Below are positions 55,807-64,000 of a stretch of DNA of 64,000 bases, piece after piece. The position numbers and the translations under genes are program-made. The number at the start of each line of letters is the position of its first letter. Position 1 is the first letter of the stretch. This stretch comes from Eledone cirrhosa. Its lineage: Eukaryota. Below the pieces are notes generated by a model. The model did no database searches. It was not told the DNA's origin and saw only the letters and a program-made list of their open reading frames with translations. The stretch is taken from contig OZ024740.1 in NCBI GenBank assembly GCA_964016885.1, positions 276,148,001-276,212,000 of the forward strand, given 5' to 3'.

Positions 55807-57449
55807 TCAGGATTATCAGTTTTAAACTAATAAGACCATTGTTCAATAGAGGGCTCGATACTTGGGATAGTAGAGTTGGTCTGGAATTTGTTGTCGAAAC
55901 GGCTAGAGTTCAGCCGTCGAGCCTCGACTCATATATATATATATATAATTATGTGTGTGTGTGTGTGTGTGCGCGTGTGTATCAGACCTCTCAACCTCTG
56001 AAAACCCAAACGGGGAGTACCATGGAAAAAAAATGCCGCTAAACTGGTAGATTTTACATAATGAAAGCCATACCCGTTTTCACAAGAGAAGACATCTCTC
56101 ACCCACCTCAAAGTGGGTGGGAGATCTCCCTGTCGGACGGGGAGAGTTGATAAGTCTGATACACACACCACGGTATTTTTGTTTGCAGTTTCAATCCAAC
56201 AAATTCTACTTATATGGCGTATTTAGTTCGAGACTAGTGGGAGACTCTTGCTCAAGATGCCGCGCGGTGGGACTGAATCCAGAAGCGCGTGGCTGTGAAG
56301 CGAATTGCTTTATGTGTATGAAAGGTCCTAACCTCGATAGTTTTCTAAATAAAGCCTTTTTAAAACTTCATATAGCTTTAAATCAATACCTATGTGTACT
56401 GAGCTTACTGTGTTTGTTTAGTCTTTGACCGCTTTTGAAACATAAAAAAAAAGAGGAAACAAAATTTAAACAAGGGAAATAATTCAAATAAGTCAATAGC
56501 ATAAATTGAGATATGTGAAGTGTCACATTTTCGAGACGTACTTTTTTTTGTTTCACAGAAAAAATTGATTTCAACATCCGCCTGCGTCCTATTCACCGAA
56601 GATATGAATGTGTTATGAGTTCTGACCGGGCTGGATTAATCATTAAGCAAAATAGACGCATGCTGTGGACATCAAGGGAAGAGTGGTAACATTTTATTCC
56701 TGTATTTGTAATTCCTTCTTTATATATGAGCGCAGTGCAATATTCTAAGTGCTTAAAGCCTCAACATAACTTAATCCAGCCTTGATTTTCATTACGAGTG
56801 TTTGTTGTTCGATTAACGGAATAGGTTGCTCGTGAAATAAACGTACAAGCGGCTGAGAATTCCATAAACACACGTACTTTGGAAGTTAATTCTCAGGGAG
56901 ATTTATCATGATACACAGCTGGGTCTTAGAATCACAGATACAACTCAAATTTTTCAAATGAGTAAACTGGAGTAACATGGAACAAACATGGAGTAACATG
57001 CTCAACGGCACAAGGTACCACAGAGAATCGAACATGCAGTTTTCCGATCGAGAACAGAATACTTTAACCACTAACCACGCGCCTTTCCTGGCTGATAATG
57101 ATAATGATGATGATGATGATGATAGTAATAACTGTTTCTACCTTTGGAACAAAGCCAGCAATTCGAAGGGAGTATACGGGAGCAATGTGAAATAAAGTGT
57201 TTTGCTCAACACACAACCCAGTTCAGGAATCGAACCCGCGACGTTATGATCGTAGGTCTAACACACTTGCCACTAGGCCACTGAATACCGAAAACTAATT
57301 GATAAATGTCACAGATCTACGATCACCCTGTTCAGCTGGGGCGAGTATTCCCATCTCATCTAACTTCCATTGTCCAACCTACAGGCAAATGTTGAGAGTA
57401 AATTTATTCACTCGTGCCATCTTCACTACTTTCACCCCCTCCTCCCCCT

Positions 57450-57800
57450 TCTTCTTCTTCCTGAGAGGGTCGAGGGGCAGAGTCCTCAAACACTTCCTCC
57501 AGCGGGTCCTGTCAGAAGCAACCGTTTCCAACTGATCCGGCTGGATCCCCAAAGCGAGACAAGCCAAGTTCATGAATATTATCTGACCATTTAGCTTGGG
57601 ATCTACCCCTTGGTTTTGTCCAGCGATTCTTTCCTGAGATATTCTAACCACAAGCTCATAGTACCGGAGGTGTAATCCCTTAATTCGGAGAAATAGCAGC
57701 TCTACCTGGAGTGACACTCTGATCTCCGAGTTGCTCATCTTTTGGTAAATTTACTGGAAGTAAGCACCTCATTCTTGCCGTCCTTTCTAAAGTGAAACTA
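57450..57800 (-). mobile_element. Old RTE-like LINE C-terminal fragment
   Basis: LGIQPDQLETVASDRTRWRKCLRTLPLDP, an RTE-like A.DR..WR terminus, followed by a (GAA)n-like tail. Confidence 0.6.
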
Positions 57801-57987
57801 AAAAACATGGTGAGAATTTGACCGAAGAAGAATCTGTCTGTCTTCAGTCTTGGCTACCAAACAACCTCTTTCGGTAAGAAATTTGTAGGTACTTTATTTT
57901 TTCGACCCTGGAAGGGTGTAAGCCAAAGTTGACCTCGGTGGGATTTGAACTCAGAGTGTAAAGAACCGGAACAAATAGTACTAGGCT

Positions 57988-58033
<46 letters not shown>

Positions 58034-58053
58034 TGTATATATATATATATATA

Positions 58054-58323
58054 GACAACAGAAACAAAATGGCGTAGGATAGAAGAAAGGAAAGGCACAG
58101 AAACAAAGGAAGGAATCCCCAGTCACTGAAGAGGTCACAGAGTGTGTGACGAAAGGACTATGACTATATATAAACAACTATCTGGTTGTGGAACCAACCA
58201 ACCAACCAGAAATTTATAGGTTTGTAGATTTGTAAATTTATAAATTTATAAATATATAATAAATTGAAGTGAAAGCAACTGGTGCGTGTGTTTCTTATTG
58301 GCAACATGACCCTCCCAAAGTAT

Positions 58324-58330
<7 letters not shown>
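58054..58330 (+). mobile_element. Penelope-like family A terminal-repeat fragment within (TA)n
   Basis: Homologous to 3020-3277 and flanked by TA tracts. ATATAAAACTGTATAT occurs on both sides (~58026 and ~58356). Confidence 0.7.
58121..58165 (+). ncRNA. Minimal type-I hammerhead ribozyme motif (family A, intact core)
   Basis: AGTCA-CTGAAGA-G-GTCACA/gagtg/TGTGAC-GAAA-GGA-CTA-TGACT. Confidence 0.72.
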
Positions 58331-58364
<34 letters not shown>

Positions 58365-59369
58365 TGTATATTAACCTTTCCCCAGATTTACTCTTCCAAA
58401 TAAGAATAACCAAGATACTCTTATGGAATGACCAAATGATGTTTATTTTTCAACATAGTTTCTGGAAAGAAACTATGCAATTATTAATAAGAAGAATCGA
58501 AATTGATACATGCGAGATTTCACAGCCCTAGCATCAATCTTTCCAATCAGCTTATGCACTTTTCAATCGACCTTCGTTTATTCTGAAAGATACTGTATGT
58601 ATGGATTTGCTGAATGCCGTACTCAATGCATTTCTTAATTAATTAGAATAATTTGGATAAAGCAGACAAAACTCCTGTGGTATTTGCTAGCTACTCACGC
58701 CAGACATTAAGTTATAATTTCAATTAATTAACAATATAAAAAAAAAAAAAAACAAATTTTGTTAGCGGTGACGATGACAGCAGCGGACATATTTCTGTTC
58801 TGTTGGATCTCCTCGGAGAAACACAAATCGATAAACACAAGTTTTTATATACAGAAAAAAGGATTACGAATAATTTTATCAAGTAAATTGCTGTCAGAAA
58901 AAAATATTTGTAAACTTTCTGCTATATATGACTGAGGCCATACTGTAGTACCGTCTGTATTTATATATACTTGTTTAAGTCTGATAACGTGCAGAGAGAG
59001 AGAGAGAGAGTTGATGAATAAAATACCAGGTAGCGTCCATGGCTCTTTAATATTCCATAGCGGGAAGAGTTTATCTTCAAAACAGAGGGGAGAGTGTGAT
59101 ATGATGGCCCGAACGGTTGCGATAGCGGAACCCAAGGACCAGGTCGTGGGGGTTAAACCGGGTAACGGATTAAGTCTTTCACCCAATTAGATTACAGCGG
59201 GATTTGAACCCGGAACGCCAAGAGTTGGAAGTGAGACGTCCATCTTATCCAGTATTATCCACCTCCTTGGACTAATATTATATTTTATCGATAGGACCCA
59301 GTAGGGATAAAAGATAATATTGCCTTCGGTAAGATTTGAACTCGGGACGTAAAGACCGCAAACATACTG

Positions 59370-59439
<70 letters not shown>

Positions 59440-60465
59440 CAAATATTTGTAACACTTCCAAGATGTTTCCCCATTTGTATTTTTAGCTCGACCCCCACCA
59501 CCGCGTGTGTGCGAGTGTGTAGATATATCTATATATACATACTTATATAGAGATATAGAGAGATAGATAGTAGATCTATATATATAGATAGATCTATATA
59601 GATAGATAGATCTATATATAGATAAATCTATCTATCTCTCTCTCTCTATATAGATAGATAGATCTATATATAGATAGATCTATATATAGATAGATCTATC
59701 TATCTATCTATCTATCTATAGATAGATCTGTAGGTAAAGAAGTAAAGGAGAGGGGAGCACCTTCTCCATGTGCTCCCTGGGCAAAGGATTGCACACTTTT
59801 TCAGGGGTGTGTGCAACCCCCATCACGTCCCCTCCCTTTTGAGGTTATTTTCGATTATTTTCATGTTACACCCTTTTTACTCGATTATATGTAAACTCCC
59901 CCTTTGTATTTGTCCCTTCTTTTTATGCCTTTATGGTAAATAAAGAAATATATCTATCTATAGATAGATCTATCTATCTATATATAGATAGATCCATCTA
60001 TCTATATATAGACAGACCAACGCACCTATACAAAATGGTGAATGGTGTGTTTGTGTCCGAGCACGTGCATTCCGTCTGAATGAGTCCGCACATGTTCTGA
60101 GGTGAGAATGTTTTGCAATGTGTGCCGTGTGTGTGCCGTATGTTGTCGCGTTGTATTGATAAGTCTGCCAAGACAGACACGTCTTTTGGATAGTGTTGTT
60201 TACGTTCATAAACATGCTTTATATCGAATTTTGCTTTCCCTCATATCTATATTTCTTTCTTTCAATCTTTCCTTTTTCTGTCTTCCTTATTCATTCGTTT
60301 TGCCATTTATTCATTGCTTTGTTCGTATTTTCTTTTTTTCTTCTCTCGTTGCCAACATTTGTTTATAAGTCTCATAGCTTTCCTAATTTCTTCTCTCATT
60401 CTGTGCGGTTTTTTTTTTGTTCATGTTTTGCTCTTTAATTAGGTCTTTCAGTCGTCGTCGATTCT

Positions 60466-60535
<70 letters not shown>

Positions 60536-60624
60536 GATTTACTCGTTTTATTTACAATCCTTTAAAATTTATAATGGTATTATAATGAAATAGTATGATA
60601 GAATATTAAATTCTAAGTGTTAAT

Positions 60625-60663
60625 TGAACAAGTACTTTCATGCTTTCGCAATCTTCAGGTTCA
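60625..60663 (-). ncRNA. Minimal type-I hammerhead ribozyme motif (family E)
   Basis: Minus strand: TGAAC-CTGAAGA-T-TGC/GAAA/GCA-T-GAAA-GTAC-TT-GTTCA. GNRA-capped stem II and palindromic AAGTACTT stem III. Confidence 0.68.
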
Positions 60664-60711
60664 TAATATGTGGTGACAGTCAAGTTTGCAATTTTCAACT
60701 ATATATATATA

Positions 60712-60893
60712 TGCAGAGGTTATATTTAATTTGTTGGGATTCAACAAGCTTAAACATTTTTTATAACTGATATAAAACACTCAACAGTTAATACAGAAGA
60801 GTAAATACACAATATATTAATAAATGGAAACTATATTTATAAAATAAATAAAATAAATATGGTTTTATAAATATAGTTTCCATTTATTAATAT

Positions 60894-60897
<4 letters not shown>
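60712..60897 (-). mobile_element. Foldback family B terminus, opposite orientation
   Basis: Inverted arms ~60810-60844 / ~60863-60897. 60712-60790 is the reverse complement of the 8440-8517 tail. Confidence 0.68.
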
Positions 60898-60958
<61 letters not shown>

Positions 60959-61254
60959 ATATGCGTGTGTGTATATATGTATATATATATGTGTGTATAT
61001 ATGTATATATATATGTGTGTATATGTATATATATATGTGTGTATATATATGTGTGCATATTTGTATGTATATATATATATGTGTGTGTACATTTGTATGT
61101 ATATATGTGTGTGTACATTTGTATGTATATATGTGTGTGCATATCTGTATATATATGTGTATGTATATATATATGTGTGTATATATATATATATATATTT
61201 GTACATATATATTTGTATATATATGTATATATATTTGTATATATATGTATATAT

Positions 61255-61299
<45 letters not shown>

Positions 61300-61333
61300 T
61301 ATATGCGTGTGTATATTTGTATATATATATTTG

Positions 61334-61364
<31 letters not shown>

Positions 61365-61391
61365 GCGTGTGTATATTTGTATATATATATT

Positions 61392-61429
<38 letters not shown>

Positions 61430-61455
61430 TGTGTATATTTGTATATATATATTTG

Positions 61456-61486
<31 letters not shown>

Positions 61487-61733
61487 GCGTGTGTATATTT
61501 GTGTATATATGTATATATATAAGCGTGTGTATATTTGTATGTAAATATATATATATGTATATATATATATATATGTGTGTGTATATTTGTATGTAAATAT
61601 ATATATATGTATATATATATATGTGTGTATATTTGTATGTAAATATATGTATATATATATATGTGTGTGTGTATATTTGTATGTATATATATATATATAT
61701 GTATATATATATGTGTGTGTGTATATTTGTATG

Positions 61734-61766
<33 letters not shown>

Positions 61767-61890
61767 GTGTGTGTGTGTATATTTGTATGTATATATATAT
61801 GTATATATATGTGTGTGTGTGTGTATATTTGTATGTATATATATATGTATGTATATATATATTTATGTTTGTGTGTATATTTGTATGTAT
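60898..61890. repeat. (TA)n/(TG)n compound microsatellite with GTGTATATTTGTAT sub-repeat
   Basis: Visible repeats. Confidence 0.92.
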
Positions 61891-61954
61891 ATGAATTTCC
61901 AACTGATAAGGTATGATTTTCATGGATACGTCTCTATTTATAAAACAAACTTTG

Positions 61955-62019
61955 TATTTTATCTGATGAAAACGTACCAATGTTGTCATGGTTGCCCTTG
62001 AAATATATATAATAAAATA
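61955..62019 (+). ncRNA. Minimal hammerhead motif (family B) within fragment 61893-62062
   Basis: TATTTTAT-CTGATGA-...CCCTT-GAAA-TATATA-TA-ATAAAATA. Perfect 8-bp stem I; downstream sequence matches 8377-8420. Confidence 0.6.
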
Positions 62020-62086
62020 AATATGGTTTTATAAATATAGTTTCCATTTATTTAATATCATTGTATATATATATATATATATATAT

Positions 62087-62242
62087 CTAAGACGGGTAAA
62101 ATTCCCGAGATCCATGGACGAATTCTCTCCAGCGGTCTCTGTCCCTCATTATCGCTGCCATGTCCTGCGTCTCTAACAGACCAGCGTCTGTCCTTAGGAC
62201 ATCAACATACGTTAACCTTGGTCTTCCTCTTCTCGTGTGTCC
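62087..62242 (-). mobile_element. RTE-like LINE C-terminal fragment in (TA)n
   Basis: GHTRRGRPRLTYVDVLRTDAGL...MRDRDRWREFV...YPS*, followed directly by (AT)n. Confidence 0.7.
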
Positions 62243-62463
62243 ATATATATATATGTGTGTGTGTGTGTGTATAAGACGTTTAAGTTTTACTGCCTCGTAT
62301 AATTCTCATTCAACGCAGTTTCAATTTCGATGTTTAGGTCCAATATCCCACACCAGCTATGGTAAAATACAGTTGGCTAAGAATTCGAACCTGAGCCCTC
62401 AATGATTGCGAAACTAAGTTTATAATCACTCAGCTATGCATCTATGTATAACTATATATATAT

Positions 62464-62608
62464 ATATTGTTATACTTTGGGAGGGTCATGTTGCCAATAA
62501 GAAACACACGCACTGGTGCGTGTGTTTCTTATTGGCAAAGTATAACAATATCGGTTTCAACACACGATTTCAGATAAAGAATCTTGCTAAACAAATTCAG
62601 AAACGAAA
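62464..62608 (+). mobile_element. Foldback family A terminus (longer arms, deletion in right arm, same tail)
   Basis: ATATTGTTATACTTTGGG...AGAAACACACGCAC-TG-GTGCGTGTGTTTCTTATTGGCAA[del]AGTATAACAATAT, then a tail matching 666-721. Confidence 0.72.
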
Positions 62609-62830
62609 TATATATATATATATATACACATACTGTGTACACACAGACACGTTCACTCACACGCACACACAGGGCTCAGCTGATATATCGGTCCAGATAA
62701 TTTCCCAACCCCATACCCCGAAACAAAATCCCCGTAACGTTGCCGAATCTACAAAGTAAACAGTCATCATGGACAACGCGCGCGCGCACACACACACATA
62801 CGCGCTCGCACACACACACATACGCACACG

Positions 62831-62887
<57 letters not shown>

Positions 62888-63001
62888 AATATATACGGCA
62901 CGGGACTTCTGCAGTTGCAGTCTCCCAGATTCTACTCACAAGGCATTGGTCAACACTAGCTAAAGGTACCATTATATACATATATATATACATACATAAT
63001 C

Positions 63002-63355
63002 TATAGTGTACCCCGGCACTCACGGTCACGGTTAGTCGCGGAATTTTCATTAGAACCTAACTAATATTTGTTCGTGAAACCCACCGCATATTCGCGAAAT
63101 CGTAAATATCTTCCGCGATTTTTTAATGGTTTTTTTCGATGCAGTTTATATATAGTTTTAACGCTAAATTATTTATAACAATATACCGTATTTTCCGGCC
63201 TATTGGACGCCCCTCTGCATAAGACGCTCTTTCTTTTTACGATTATATTTTACGTTACATTTTGACATTTTTATGGATTACGTCCAATATTCGCGATTTT
63301 CACTCTTCGCGGGTGCTTTAAGAAAGTAAACCCCGCGAACTCCGGGGGACAACTA
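63002..63355. mobile_element. Tigger/pogo-like MITE remnant
   Basis: TAGTGTACCCCGGCACTCACGG / CCGCGAACTCCGGGGGACAACTA imperfect TIRs with internal TTCGCG repeats. A Tc2-like TIR piece sits at ~63184. Confidence 0.5.
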
Positions 63356-64000
63356 ATATATATATATATATATATATAATATATAAGATCAAAAGATGGT
63401 TAAAAGAGTTCCATGTATTTTATTATGCGCATTTCAAACTCACCTCCTACATATATATATATATATGTATATATATATGTCTTAGATCTTTTTTCCGTTT
63501 TTACTTCTTTTTAGTTTCTTCCGTTCTTTTAGTCTTTCCTCATCCCACTTTTGACATTTTCTTCTTTCATTTTTCTTTCGTTCCAGCTGCTCCATTTTCA
63601 TTTTCTATCTATCCATTTTACATTTTCTTGTCTGTCTGTTTATCTATCCATTGAACGGGCCATCGTGATGATGATGATGATGATGATGATGATCACCACC
63701 GCCATCATCATCATCATCATTATCATCATTTCCAGCGGCGGCTACTTGCCACAACTACAACAACGGTAGCAGTAGTAGTACTGGTGGCGGCGGTGGTGAT
63801 AGCAGCAGCAGCAGCAGCACCGCCACCACCACCACCACTTACTTACAATAACAACAACAGCCGTCGCCGCACTTACACGACAACAGCTCCTCATCAAAAC
63901 ACGAACCGGCCAACAGACCAAACAGGATTTCTGTTGTTATTATTATTGATATATTAGTAGTGTGTCTGTTGTGTGTTAGTTAGTTACTCCACCCCCTTTT

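Noticed and set aside
51038-55925. Extra hammerheads at ~51040-51070 (-), ~55893-55922 (+), ~19086-19112 (-) and ~38085-38118 (-)
   Set aside because: Only the GAAA-stem III-NUH half or a broken core is present, so they were not counted.

Overview
AT-rich, repeat-saturated animal DNA. The repeat families look like those of an octopus or other cephalopod, which is my inference from repeat content alone. I found no intact host protein-coding gene. One well-formed 69-nt exon with stops in all frames (11451-11519, +) suggests much of the window is intronic. Almost all long ORFs in the ORF track are artefacts of (TA)n, trinucleotide or minisatellite repeats. Real content includes decayed RTE-clade LINEs (one near full length, with APE, RT and an embedded PHD finger), CR1- and CRE-clade fragments, two abundant SINE families, piggyBac-, mariner-, pogo/Tc2- and hAT-like MITEs, and a 72 x 48-bp tandem array. 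The most striking signal is a set of short elements embedded in (TA)n tracts. They carry minimal type-I hammerhead ribozyme motifs (8 loci, about 5 sequence families) and a recurrent 'inverted arm + sense arm + unpaired tail' foldback structure, as expected for Penelope-like retroelement termini.
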